Shown: positions 37,776 through 49,853 of the stretch, piece by piece
Position numbering within the stretch: the first letter of the stretch is position 1
How the letters are laid out: each line of letters begins with the position of its first letter
Source of the DNA: Octopus vulgaris
Lineage: Eukaryota
Direction of reading: 5' to 3'
DNA: 64,000 nucleotides
Assembly (NCBI GenBank): GCA_951406725.2
Contig: OX597834.1
Location: 5,208,001-5,272,000 of the forward strand
The notes under the pieces: generated by a model
Told to the model about the DNA's origin: nothing
What the model saw: the letters and a program-made list of their open reading frames with translations, nothing else
The model's database searches: none
Translations under genes and position numbers: made by a program

Positions 37776-38247
37776 CACTGTGTCACTACAAACTGAATAG
37801 AAGTACATACAAAACTGTCTCTACTTTATGAATAACTTTGAACTCAGAACATAAAGATATGTAAATAAATACGTAAAGTTTGGCTAGTTCTGCTACTGCT
37901 CATACTATATTTGGTTAATGATAATAATGTAGAATGGTTTTCTTGTGTAATTTGCTTTAGGCTTCAAATTCATTTGATTCCAAGGAAAGTAAACAATATT
38001 GTAATGGACAAAATCTGAGAACTTCAGAAATGGATGCTTAATTTCTTATCCACTTAGACTTTCTGCCAATCATAATAACAATTTCCTAATTATACAAATC
38101 CTAAGAGCTGTAAGGTAGAAGAAATTATTAGCTGTGAGGTTCACACCTTTTCAAATAGATGTGAAGCAGTAAGTATTCTGGTTCTCAACTAAAATCAAAA
38201 CAGGTGTGAGAATATTGACGAAAAGGTGGAATTAAAATAGCCATGCA

Positions 38248-38412
38248 GGCTTAGGTATGGCTCTGGTTTATAAGTTCACTTTTCAACCATGTGATTCTGG
38301 GTTCAATCCCACTCTGAAACACCTTATACAGGTAGCTGTTACCATAGATTCAGTTTACCCAAGCCTTATGAAATATGATAAGCAGAATCTGTGCTGAAGC
38401 TCATGTATAGAT

Positions 38413-38462
<50 letters not shown>

Positions 38463-38882
38463 ATGTGTGCGTATTTCTTTTACCATTTATTTGTTTCAGT
38501 CATTGGACTGTGACCATGCTAGGGCACTACCTTAGAGGGTTCTAGTTAAGAAAAATCTACCCCAGTACTTATTTTTAAAATCAGATATTTACTTTATCTG
38601 TCTCTTTTGCTGAACCACTAAGTTACGAGAATGTAAACAAACCAATATCAGTTGTCAGGCTTTGAGGTCTCACACACACATGCACACATACACACACATG
38701 CACACTCCCACATATAAATATAACAGGCTTTCACCTAGTTTCTGCTTATCAAATTCACTGACCAAGACATTGGTCAACTCAGGGGTTTAGTAGAAGACAA
38801 AGACACTAGTTCAAAGGGCTGCATATTGGGCCTGAACTCCAAATCACATGTTTGCAAAGTGAGCTTCTTTCCAACACAGCCA
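38248..38882. mobile_element. two old SINE B relics, tail to tail (+ 38248-38460; - 38484-38882)
   Basis: Diverged B head and modules on opposite strands. Confidence 0.65.
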
Positions 38883-39237
38883 GGGAAGCGATGTAACGCA
38901 AGGGGAATAAACAGCAAAACTGTTGTTTATAAATTGAAATCCCTTGTGTGGCATTCATTTAGGAAATTAAACAATTGCTAATCAGTTTCGGCATCAGAAA
39001 TGCAGTGAACCAGTAAATGGTGAATGAGAAACCTGCAACCATTAGCAATAAATACAGTGGTTTATGAATAGCAAAATAAAACATACTTAAAAATAAATAG
39101 GCAGACAAGGTTGAGTGATTAAAAGGTTCCTTTTGCAAGTGTGAGGTTTTGGGTTCACTTTCACCGTGTGGCACCTTGGCAATTGCTTTTGACTATAGCT
39201 TTTGTTTTGTCATTATACCAATATTGTTGAGAGTTAA

Positions 39238-39632
39238 GTGGAGGTGCAATGGCCCAGTGGTTAGGGCAGCGGACTCGCGGTCATAGGATCGCGGTTTCGA
39301 TTCCCAGACCGGGCGTTGTGAGTGTTTATTGAGCGAAAACACCTAAAAGCTCCACGAGGCTCCGGCAGGGGATGGTGGTGATCCCTGCTGTACTCTTTCA
39401 CCACAACTTTCTCTCACTCTTACTTCCTGTTTCTGTTGTACCTGTATTTCAAGGGGCCGGCCTTGTCACTCTCTGTGTCATGCTGAACATCCCCGAGAAC
39501 TATGTTAAGGGTATACGTGTCTGTGGAGTGCTCAGCCACTTACACGTTAATTTCACGAGCAGGCAGTTCCGTTGATTCAGATCAACCGGAACCCTCGTCA
39601 TCGTAACCGACGGAGTGCTTCCATCCATCATC
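39238..39632 (+). mobile_element. SINE family C, full length
   Basis: TSD ATTGTTGAGAGT at 39223-39234 / 39633-39644. Confidence 0.95.
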
Positions 39633-39711
39633 ATTGTTGAGAGTCATTATACAAATATTGTTGACACATGCAATGGTTCAATTTCACTTCTTTATTATTA
39701 GTCAATTGGTT

Positions 39712-40079
39712 CATCATCATGGCTCGGCTTCGCAAACGAAGATCAGGAAGGCTGTCCATGCACGCTCATGACTGACAAGTCCGATATGGGAAAGGCAGGT
39801 CCGTGAGCAGTGTCCACAGATGAAGGTAACATCCGGTGTGGTGTCAGAGGCGGCTCGTGACTTCCTCCTGCGTCTTTTGTCTTTTGTTCCTCAAACTTGC
39901 TGACTGCGTTGAAGATTGTGTGGCGCCAGACATCACGGTCTGCAACCAGGTCTGACCAGCATTGGTGGTTAATATGACATGCTGTTAGAGACTTCTTGAG
40001 GCAGTCTCTGTTGCTCTTCCTCGGAGCTCCTCTTACTCAGTGGCCAGTGGAGAGTTAGCCAAACAAGGCAATCTTAGGA
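39712..40079 (-). mobile_element. RTE/BovB-like LINE, 5'-truncated
   Basis: PKIALFG*LSTGH*VRGAPRKSNRDCLKKSL...WSDLVADRDVWRHTI; (ATG)n tail; 12-bp TSD AGTCAATTGGTT at 39700-39711 / 40080-40091. Confidence 0.9.
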
Positions 40080-40591
40080 AGTCAATTGGTTAATATCCTA
40101 CTAACTAATCAGTTGTTCGTTTTTCTTAATTTGGTTAAACAAAAAGTCATTTGTTTTGATTTTGTTTGTCAAAGCTCCTTTGTTAATTACATACATACCT
40201 ATGTGTGCACACTGGCACAGGTACACACACACAACAAGGTCTTAAGCAGACAAACATAGCTGCCATAATGGACCAAGTCAAAAGTCATTGAAAAGGTTGC
40301 CAGTAGCAACGAAAGAGCTTTGACAAGCAAAAACAAAACAAATGATTAGAGCTAGTTTGATATTTAATCAATTGACTAATAATAAAGGAGTAGAACTGAA
40401 CCAGTGCATTTATTAATTATATTGGCATTATGAACCTCCCTAGAGGCAACAAAATTTGTTTCAACACATTAATTCACATAAAGAATCTTGCACACCAGAT
40501 ACAAAAACGATATAGTTTTTGTCTTTTACTGATATCTTGTAAGTGAATACGTAAATGGAAACTGTGTGGAAGCTTCTCATATTATGTATAT

Positions 40592-41003
40592 ATACTCTTT
40601 TACTTGTTTTAGTCATTTGACTGTGGCCATGCTGCAGCACCATCTTATAGTCGAGCAAATCGACCCCAGGACTTATTCTTTGTAAGCCTAGTACTTATTC
40701 TATCGGTCTCTTTTGCCGAATTGCTCAGTTACGGGGACGTAAACACACCAGCATCGGTTGTCAAGCGATGCTGGGGGAACAAACACAGATGCACAAACAT
40801 ATACACATACACATACATATATATATATATACATATATACGACGGGCTTCTTTCAGTTTCCGTCTACCAAATCCACTCACAAGGCTTTGGTCAGCCCGAG
40901 GCTATAGTAGAAGACACTTGTCCAAGGTGCCATGCAGTGGGACTGAACCCGGAACCATGTGGTTGGTAAGCAAGCTACTTACCACACAGCCACACCTACG
41001 CCT
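40592..41003 (-). mobile_element. SINE family B, full length
   Basis: All B modules present. Confidence 0.93.
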
Positions 41004-41014
41004 ACATATACATA

Positions 41015-41230
41015 CATCGTTGTTGTTTAATGTTCATTTTCCATGTTGGACTGGGTTGAATGGCTTGACAGGGTCCAGTAAGCTGCAAGGCTGTACCAAG
41101 CTCCTGCATCAGTTTTGACATGGTTGCTATGGTTGGATGCCCTTCCTAACATCAACCCCTTTACAGTGTGTACTGGGTGCTTCTTTCATACCACTGGCAC
41201 CAGTGAGGCTGCCTTGTAACTTGCAAGACA
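41015..41230 (-). mobile_element. family D-related RTE 3'UTR, diverged
   Basis: GGATGCCCTTCCTAAC motif and terminus. Confidence 0.7.
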
Positions 41231-41275
41231 GGGAAGAACCAACAAAGGGGTAATGGGAAATATATATATGCATGT

Positions 41276-41836
41276 TTATTTATTCATTTATTTTTATTTT
41301 ATCTAGGTTCAGCTCACGAGCTGTGGCCATGCTGGGGCACCGCCATTTGGTGTTGCTACATGATTTTACTTCACGAATGCTTTTTAGCAATTGCCATTTG
41401 GTGCATGAGAGAGTTTGATGCAGCTGCACTCATCTGCACCTCCTGTCGTGAAGTTGGTTTATCTGGGATACCTGACAAGAAGAGATCCAGTTTCATTTTA
41501 AAGACATCTGCATCCACCCCATGCAGGTCTCTTAGGTTCTTCGGGAGGATATTGAAGAGCTGTGGGCCTCTGAAGCCCAGGCTATCACAGTATCTTGTCC
41601 TACATCTTGATGGCAAATTTGGAGCCCTTGGCAATATGCAGTGGCACCCAGTTCTAGTATTTGTGTAACTCTCGATGCCAAAGTTTGGGACAAGTCCTTC
41701 TAGGATCTTCCAGATGTATATTATGGCATATCTTTCTCGCCTACGTTCTAAGGAATAGAGTCTTAATCTCTTGAGTCTTTCCCAGTAGTTTATATGCTGC
41801 ACAGAGGCTATCTTCTTCGTGTAGCTTCGTTGGATC
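41276..41836 (-). mobile_element. CR1/L2-group LINE, 5'-truncated (ORF2 C-terminus plus 3' tail)
   Basis: Open ORF 41371-41802: YWERLKRLRLYSLERRRERYAIIYIWKIL...GPQLFNILP...FKMKLDLFLSGIPD; A-rich tail. Confidence 0.9.
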
Positions 41837-41945
41837 TATATACACTCATATGAGTGTGTGTGTGTGTATGAATCTGGCTATTTGTATATTTGTATGCCTC
41901 CATGTTTCTTTTGTTTATATAACATAACTTAGCAGTTCAACAAAT

Positions 41946-42156
41946 ATTAGTTTCAAATTTTGGCTCAAGACTAGCAATTTCAGGGAGGGATAAGTTGATT
42001 ACATCGGCCCCCAGTGCTCAACTGGTATTTATTTTACCAACTCTGAAATGATGAAAAGCAAAGTGAAACGCAGTGGAATTTGAACTCAGAATGTAAAGAT
42101 GAAAAGCCACTAAGCGTCTTGTCTGGTATGCTAAGGATTCTGCCAGCTCAGTGCCC
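41946..42156 (-). mobile_element. SINE family A (A2) nested in an old SINE B 3' relic
   Basis: A2 modules; B-like CTTAGCAGTTC before and CAGTGCCCCA...CAGTTCAGTAACTGAA after. Confidence 0.75.
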
Positions 42157-43322
42157 TAACCATTCAGCAGATATTGATTGAGAAGTACCAAATTAAAAAA
42201 TAAGTATTTAGATTGATACAGTCAACTAAACCCTTTATGGCAGTGCCCCATGGTGGTCACAGTTCAGTAACTGAAGAATGGGTATGGCATTAGCTACATT
42301 TATTCTTACAATCATTTTCTGTGCATGTGGTGAGTTCATGTTGCTGACTAAAGGGAGGAATTAGATCCACAGAGAATTCATCTAAAGAGAAATCTCTCTT
42401 CCATTGAATATCATTATACAGGAACTAAGTACCGGCTCTTAAAAGTTCCCTAAGGATTAGAATCACTATATATTACGTTGCAACATTGATGAGAATCCAA
42501 AGAAAAAAAACAAAACACCTATAGAACTTTTATACCAAAAAAACACAAAAAAAGAGATATGAAATTAAATTGTGCATAAATGCATTTTAAGCATTATCAA
42601 TGCTTGACTTTACCCATTTAATGAAAATTGCATGAAACCACTAATTAATTAATATTAATGCTTAATAATCACTTCAATATTCCTTTGATCCTGTTGTTAC
42701 AGAACTTTTTAGTTTACTCTTGGGTGTGGTGTTAGGCATTAATGATGACGATGATAGTTATGTCATGATGGTAACGGTAATAATATGATCATGATAATGA
42801 TAATAATGTAACGATGACGTTAACAATAGCGAGGGGATAATAATAATGTATTGACAATAATGATTTAAATCTCGCAATAATCATTTTTTTCCAATCTTCA
42901 ATTAAACAATAAAAAATGCAAACTTGTTGATCATCCTCAAATACTTAGTAAATCATTCCCTCTCTTCATACATTCATTATTTACACAGTTAATGAGATTT
43001 CTTCAGCAAAATCATCTGAAATAGCATTGACCATCATAGTGGTCGCAGCGGTGAAGGCAGTGGGGGTGGTGGGGGTGGGGAAATTGATTATGGCAACAGC
43101 GGTGGTGGTGGTGGTAGTTGTGCTTATATCACTAATTGTTGATATGCATTCATACTTTCTCAGCGTTATATTCTCTTGTCTATGTTTCTTACCTGTGGCT
43201 ACTGTTTACCTGATTTGTTATTTATTTATTTATTTATTTATTGCTAAAAGTCAATATCTCAGAAAAAGTAAATATATAAATTCTTGCCAGAGAGGAAATA
43301 AGAAAATATTAGGCAAGTCAAC

Positions 43323-43353
<31 letters not shown>

Positions 43354-43648
43354 AGAAGAAATAGAAAACCTAAAATTCCTATTAAAATGATAATAAATGA
43401 GCAAACACCAAAGATTTGATGATTTGATGGTTTATATTGGCAGAAGCAGAGAAATTTGTTGGGGAAAAGCTATCGTAAATGGTTAATTGAATTGACTCAG
43501 TACTTGGCCTGATGGTTATTTTACAGACACTAAAGCAAGGATTGGCAATTTTGACCTGGATAAAATTTGAACTAACAATAAAGAGATTTGAATCTAAATA
43601 CATTTAGGTATTTATCTTGTCATCCTGTTATTTTTGCCACTGATTTAG

Positions 43649-44010
43649 ACCACATGGTTCCGGGTTCAGTCCCACTGCATGGCATCTTGGGCAAGTGTCT
43701 TCTGCTATAGCCCCGGGCCGACCAATGCCTTGTGAGTGGATTTGGTAGACGGAAACTGAAAGAAGCCTGTCATATGTATATATATATATGTGTGTGTGTT
43801 TGTGTGTTTGTCCCCCTAGCATTGCTTGACAACCGATGCTGGTGTGTTTACGTCCCCGTCACTTAGCGGTTCGGCAAAAGAGACTGATAGAATAAGTACT
43901 GGGCTTACAAAGAATAAGTCCCAGGGTCGATTTGCTCGACTAAAGGCGGTGCTCCAGCATGGCTGCAGTCAAATGACTGAAACAAGTAAAAGAGAGAAAG
44001 AGAAAGAGAT
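43649..44010 (+). mobile_element. SINE family B, A-box missing
   Basis: Starts at ACCACATGGTTCCGGG. Confidence 0.92.
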
Positions 44011-44348
44011 AGACAGAAACAAAGAGATGTAGGAGTTTTATGTAGTCCCTTGACCTTTGCAGGATGTAGACACATCCCTCTCAGCTGACAAGTTATCCTT
44101 TTAAAAAGTGGCAATATATGTATATATTACACATTAACCAGAAGCATGTTGTCCACTGATGTAATGTCTTTGATTATAGATCTGCTAAGTTAGAGCTGAC
44201 ACACTGTATTTCATGTCAATGTAGAATAAACTGTAAATATGTGATGTAACCATCCCAGTATCATTACTATCTTAGCAAATCCCGATGCATTTAACATGAA
44301 ATTTTTTGTCCTTCAAAGTCATCAGGGTTGACCCTCTTATTTTGACTA

Positions 44349-45835
44349 GCCACCAAGCAACTAAAAGCCTCGAAAGCATTTGGTCCCGACAACATTCCGG
44401 CTGTGATTTGGAAGGATGATAGATTTCACACACTTTTGCTTAACCTCTGCAACCACACACTTTCCACCTTTGTCGCTCCAAAGATTTGGCACCAATCTCA
44501 AATCATTCCAATACCCATAAAAGGCGATTTGTCCCTCGTCACCAACTACAGGGGCATATCTCTAATGTCAATTGCTGCAAAACTGTACAACAAACTGATC
44601 CTAAATCATCTTGTCCTTTTTGTTGAACCTTTGCTCCGAAAGAACCAAAATGGATTCAGACATGGGCGCTCAACGCTGAGTCAGATACTATGCCTGCGCA
44701 GACTTATTGAAGAATCAAAAGCATTTAATCGCGATCTTGCAATGGTATTTGTAGACTTTTCTAAAGCGTTCGATTCTGTAGATAGGTACAAGATGTTTGA
44801 AATCCTTAAGCTCTATGGGATACCAGACAAAATTATTTCTGCCATCAAGGTCCTCTACACAGATACGTCTTCAACCATCTTAACCCCTGATGGAGAAACA
44901 TCATCTTTCTCGATCGAGGCCGGAATACTGCAGGGAGACACACTCGCCCCATTTCTTTTCATCATTGTTGTTGATTATGTGCTACGTATGTCAGTTGATA
45001 CCATCTCTGGCAAGGGCTTTGAAATAAAACCAAGAAGAAGTTCCAGACACCCAGCTGAGTACTTGACAGACACTGACTTTGCTGACGACATCGCTCTTAT
45101 CAGTGATTCTCTCTCCAATGCCCAGTCTCTTTTACAATCTCTTGAACAAGCCTCAAATTGTGTAGGTCTTTACCTCAATGAGACCAAAACTGAATACATA
45201 AACAAGTGCCTGTCCAACAGTGATTGCATCATCCACACTCTCAACAGTGCACCTTTAAATATGGTTTCTGATTAAATATCTTAGGTCATACATATCATCA
45301 TCTGGAAAAGACTTTCTAACTAGAAAGGGTATGGCCTGGTCAGCCTGTAATGACATGCATAAGATCTGGTCATCAAATCTAAGTAGAGACTTCAAACTTG
45401 AAATATTCAAAGCCACAGTCGAACCAATCCTACTATATGGCTCAGAAACCTGGACGTTATCAAAGAAGCTTGAGAGGTGGTTGGATGGAACCTACACTCG
45501 CCTCCTTATGAGAGCTCAAAATCTCTCGTGGAGGCGCCATCCAACTAAAATGCAAATATATGGGAAATTACCACCTGTGTCATCTGTTGTGAAAGGTAGG
45601 AGAGTCCAGTTTGCTGGACATTGTTGTAGAGCTGAAAAAGAAGTAATTTCTACTCTTCTCCTCTGGAAGCCATCTACTCGCAACACCAGAGGGCGCACAC
45701 TTCTCCTACCCTGATGTAATCTCCAGGGATACAGGCATCCAGCAACAGGACCTCCGTAATGCTATGATGGACCGTGAAGTCTGGCGCAACATGGTAAATT
45801 CCATTGTCTCGACCACGGTCGAACAATGATGATGA
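44349..45835 (+). mobile_element. RTE-clade LINE, 5'-truncated, reverse transcriptase pseudogene
   Basis: ORF 44403-45275: NYRGISL, QNGFR, FVDFSKAFDSV, GILQGDTLAPFLF, FADD. ORF 45331-45714: LLYGSETW, FAGHC. (GAT)n tail; 8-bp TSD TTTGACTA at 44341-48 / 45836-43. Confidence 0.95.
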
Positions 45836-45933
45836 TTTGACTATAAATTTTGGTCCCCAAAATTTGACTTATTGGTTGGGAAAAACAGTAGGTGTAAACA
45901 CCTACTGATCTGAAAAGATGATGTGCACATGAC

Positions 45934-46396
45934 TGATTTCAAATTTTGTCACAAGGCCAGCAATTTCAGGGAGGGGATAAATTGCTTACACTGACCCCAG
46001 TGTTTAACTGGTACCTGTTTTATTAAACCTGAAAGGATGAAAGGCTAAGTCAACCATGGCAAAATCTGAACTCAGCACACAGAGACAGATGAATACATAT
46101 TTCTTTACTACCCACAAGGGGCTAAACACAGAGAGGGGACAAACAAGGACAGACAAATGGATTCAGTCGATTATATCGATGCCAGTGCATAACTGGTACT
46201 TATTTAATCGACCCCGAAAGGATGAAAGGCAAAGTTGACCTCGGCGGAATTTGAACTCAGAACGTAATGGCAGACGAAATACCGCTAAGCATTTCGCCCA
46301 GCATGCTAACGTTTCTGCCAGTTCGCCACCTCAGACAGATGAAATACCATGAAGCATTTTACCTGGTATGTTTATGATTCTGCCAGCTTGCTACCT
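45934..46396 (-). mobile_element. SINE A2 containing a nested SINE A1 (46098-46331)
   Basis: TSD AGACAGATGAA at 46083-46093 / 46333-46343. Confidence 0.88.
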
Positions 46397-46547
46397 TAAT
46401 GACATGCACATTATTAACCGACCATTTGGTAGTGGACAGCTTCTTAGATGCTGAATAATAAAATTATTATAAACTGCAAATTTCTTAAAAAGTTGTTAAC
46501 ATTTTGTCATTCTCATTTCAAAGACTTTCCTCAGTACAAAATTATAT

Positions 46548-47220
46548 AGGCACAGGAGTGGTTGTGTGGTAAGAAGCTTGCTTCCCAACCACATAGGTAC
46601 GGGTTCATTCCCACTGGGTTTCACTTTGGGTAAGTGTTGTCTACTGATCAAAGCCTTGTGAGTGGATTTAGTAGATGGAAACTGAAAGAAACCCAACATA
46701 TTTATATATATTTGTGTGTGTGTATGTATATATATGTATATATGTACATATATATCTATGTGTATGCATCTTATTTCTTTACTATCCACAAGGGGCTAAA
46801 CAGAGAGGGAACAAACAAGGACAGACAAAGGGATTAAGTCGATTATTTCGACCCCAGTGCGTAACTGGTACTTATTTAATCGACCCCGAAAGGATGAAAG
46901 GCAAAGTCGACCTCGGCAGAATTTGAACGCAGAACGTAACGGCAGATGAAATACCGCTAAGCATTTCGCCGGGTGTGCTATCGGTTCTGCCAGCTATGTT
47001 TGTACCCCCTTACCACTTGACAGCTGGTGTTGGTATGTTTATGTCCCTATTACTTAGCAGTTCAGCAGAATGAGACTGATAGAATAATACTGATAGAATA
47101 AGTATGACTTTAAAAAAACTAAATACTGGGGCTTATTCATTCGACTACAATTCTTCAAGGCAGTGCCCCAGCATGGCCGCAGTCTAATGACTGAAACAAG
47201 TAAAAAATAAAAAGATAAAA
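46548..47220 (+). mobile_element. SINE B with an antisense SINE A1 (46772-46996) in its microsatellite
   Basis: B 5' half, then A on the minus strand, then B 3' half. Confidence 0.88.
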
Positions 47221-47630
47221 TATACAAAAGTTGTCAGAAAGATTGAAAACGTATTGTTTTTGTTTGTCTCTGGTCATAAAATTAAAGCAACAACAGATTT
47301 ATTGTGTTCAAAATTGTGCTTTTGATTCTACTTTACCATTGCAGGATTAGTTCCGATTCCACAAACACAATCTAAATATGACCCAGGTCACTCTGTGAAC
47401 AGATAACAAATGATTTGCAGATAAACAAGCCAGAACAATACTGTTGTCTGTTTTTTACAATATCATATTTGGAAAATAGATTCAAGTTTGGTAGTTAAAG
47501 AAGAAAAATTCCTCAGTAGAATTTAAGACATGTAAATATAATACTTCCACTTAACTATATTCTTAAAACTGCTGTCAGCCAAATTGTAATTCAACACTAT
47601 TTGATGTAATCTTGTGTAGTGGTTCTACAT

Positions 47631-47852
47631 ATTGGCTTTAAATTTTGGCACAAAGCCAGCATGTTTGGGTGTGGGGGGGATAAGTCAGAGACATCAACCT
47701 CAATGCTTAGCCAGTGCTGTTTATTTTATTGACCCTGAAAGGGTAAAAGACAAAGTTGATCTGAGCAGCATTTGAACCCTGAATCTAAAGATGGATAAAA
47801 TGCTGCTAAGCATTTTGTCCAGTGTGCTAACGATTCTGCCAGCTGGCCACCT
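47631..47852 (-). mobile_element. SINE family A (A2), diverged
   Basis: A modules. Confidence 0.8.
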
Positions 47853-48494
47853 TAAGTTGTCCCTACATATTAACACTAATTATTGCATGGGCAAAAGATC
47901 TCATTTACAATAAACACCTTAACACTACCCATCAAAAAAAAATTTAGCAACAAAATCTTATGTGGACTCCACCCCACCCCCAGGGTCAGATGGATCCCAT
48001 GTGGGAACCACTTCTCTAGCTACACCATTGGGTAGGCTTTGGTGTGGGATAAACTTGACTACCAGGCCCTCATGTTCGTTTCGATTGGACCCTTAACCTC
48101 ATGATATCCCATAGATGGTCTGAAACCAAGGATTGTTGTTGATGTGGATATAAAGTTGTACTGCTTTCAGATTATTGTCTGTTGTTCTGGTTGTTTAATC
48201 CCAAACTGTGCCTATCTCACCTGTTTTATTTTCTCTCTCTCTAGGTACAATGGACCTAGCAGTTTCAGCAACAACACACAAGCTTCCTCATTGACCTTCC
48301 CTGCTGTAATGCTCTGCAAGTGTGATCATACTTACACATACTTATAAACACATGCGCGCGCACACACACACACACACACACATACAAGGGAGGTATATAT
48401 ATGTGTGTATGTAAGTATGTATGTATGTATGTATGTGTGTATGTATGTATGTATGTGTGTGTGCATGCATGCATGTATGTATGTATGTATGTCA

Positions 48495-48572
48495 GGTCAC
48501 TTTCGAGTGCCACTGGTAACATGTAACCCAGTACAACCTGTTGCATGGTCGGGTCGTTGGCGACTAAACCGG
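48495..48572 (+). ncRNA. candidate HDV-like self-cleaving ribozyme
   Basis: Nested double-pseudoknot order: P1 GGTCA (48495-99)/TGGTC (48546-50), P2 CCAGT (48528-32)/ACCGG (48568-72), L3 CC with GG (48551-52), P4 TCG-TTGG-CGA, C48564-TAA. P1 is short; P2 and P3 each have a mismatch. Confidence 0.55.
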
Positions 48573-49042
48573 CAACCCTACCAAGCTTGCTTGGTGAGGA
48601 GGGTGTTTATTGGACACCCCGCGGGATGAAAAACAAATCCCGTCAAAGGGCGGAGGAACTCTTGAGAGTCAACGGCCATCCAATAAATGTCTTAAGGATG
48701 TATCATGCGCGGGGACATAGAAATAATCGGACTGAATACCCGCTCGAGTGGTTAAACTATTGGAAGTGAAGGACTCCTAGCCTTTGTTAGGGCATCCTTC
48801 TAGGAGATGGTAACTCAGGTAACTGGGATAACTCCGACATAAAACCTGCGTCTCAGTGGTTACCGATAATGTTGACTTGTTCTTCTTTTTGGATTATGGC
48901 TGCCGTTGCTTAGTGAGTGGTATTGACTCAGTGCACAGCCTTTCCTCACTTTAAAAAAATCTTCTTGCACAGGCATTGCACGATAACAACATTGATTAAG
49001 CTTCGTGCAATGACCATACTCGATAATGAGGGGGCAGCCACC
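48495..49042 (+). mobile_element. non-coding retroelement derived from a LINE 5'UTR, in a (TATG)n tract
   Basis: CpG-rich block in CpG-poor surroundings; homologous to 13252 onward; carries GGGCATCCTTCTAGGAGATGGTAACTC, like RTE/R4 5'UTR motifs; no recognisable ORF. 3' end inferred. Confidence 0.6.
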
Positions 49043-49249
49043 ATGCATATGTGTGTTTGTGTGTGAGTCTTCCTTTGTGATGAACAGCAGGAAAGCCACC
49101 TACCCCCTCTCTCCTTAAAGCTACACCTTTCTACATATGTTGTATCTATGTATTTACAAAAGTATACATGCAGTGTCATATATGACAGCTTTATTAACAT
49201 TACCATCCCATTTACACCACTGTTCTCACCTTCACTGATATAAGTCAAC

Positions 49250-49500
49250 CTCTCTCTCTTACTACCTCTGACTTATACTTTTTGAAACCTTCTCATTTTA
49301 TCATATAAATCGCCCAATGCATCTGGGAGTACATTATAAATTTTTATTGAAATACAATTAGCCTATTATTGAACTGGATGTTAGTGTCACATGTATGCAA
49401 AGTTTCATGAATATTGGTTTGGTGCTTTAGGCACTAAGTTGGTAACCATCAGATGGAAAGAGAGATAGACAGACAGGAATTGTCATTTATATATATATAT
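49250..49500 (-). mobile_element. non-autonomous Helitron 5' part, diverged
   Basis: Minus strand TATATATAAAATG...CTGTCTGTCT...ACCAATATTCATGAAACTTTGCATAC parallels 61144 onward. Confidence 0.45.
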
Positions 49501-49756
49501 ATATATATTATTTTTCCTTCCCTTACAAGAGGAATGAACCCAACCGGAATCTACCCAGTATTCGCTCTATATTGAGTGAGAAAACAGTATGGACAGATTT
49601 TTGGAGTCCAATAATACCCTGTACACCTATTTGATTATGAAGATTTACAAACATACTTTCTCAGTGATACTCAGTTTACCTACCATTATAAACAATACCA
49701 AATGTTCTTTCTCAACCCTTTCATAATGTGATACAGGTCTTTGGTGTAGCAATTGC

Positions 49757-49853
49757 ATGCGGCTGAAGAGGGCTTTTAAACTATCTGTTATGTCGATTAT
49801 ACATTGATGTAAGAATAAGTTGTTCTATAAAGCTCGAAACATGTATACCACGA
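49757..49853 (+). ncRNA. type I hammerhead-like motif in a PLE terminal repeat
   Basis: CTGAAGA (49763-69), stem II GGGCTTT/AAAGCTC, GAAAC-AT-GTA (49836-45) with palindromic ACATGT. Stem I imperfect. Confidence 0.6.

Noticed and set aside
42560-42700. TAAT-rich clusters as homeodomain enhancers (also 24400-24600)
   Set aside because: Expected by chance at this AT content; cannot be supported without conservation data.
43027-43419. Hydrophobic ORF with a basic tail resembling a membrane protein
   Set aside because: Non-ATG start; built from (GGT)n, (TTTA)n and poly-A tracts.
45886-45907. Short palindrome CAGTAGGTG-TAAA-CACCTACTG
   Set aside because: Isolated 9-bp stem, single copy, no supporting context.
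48505-48605. Alternative reading as a twister, pistol or hatchet ribozyme
   Set aside because: Required pseudoknots and conserved cores could not be placed in both copies; HDV order fits better and matches the 5' boundary.
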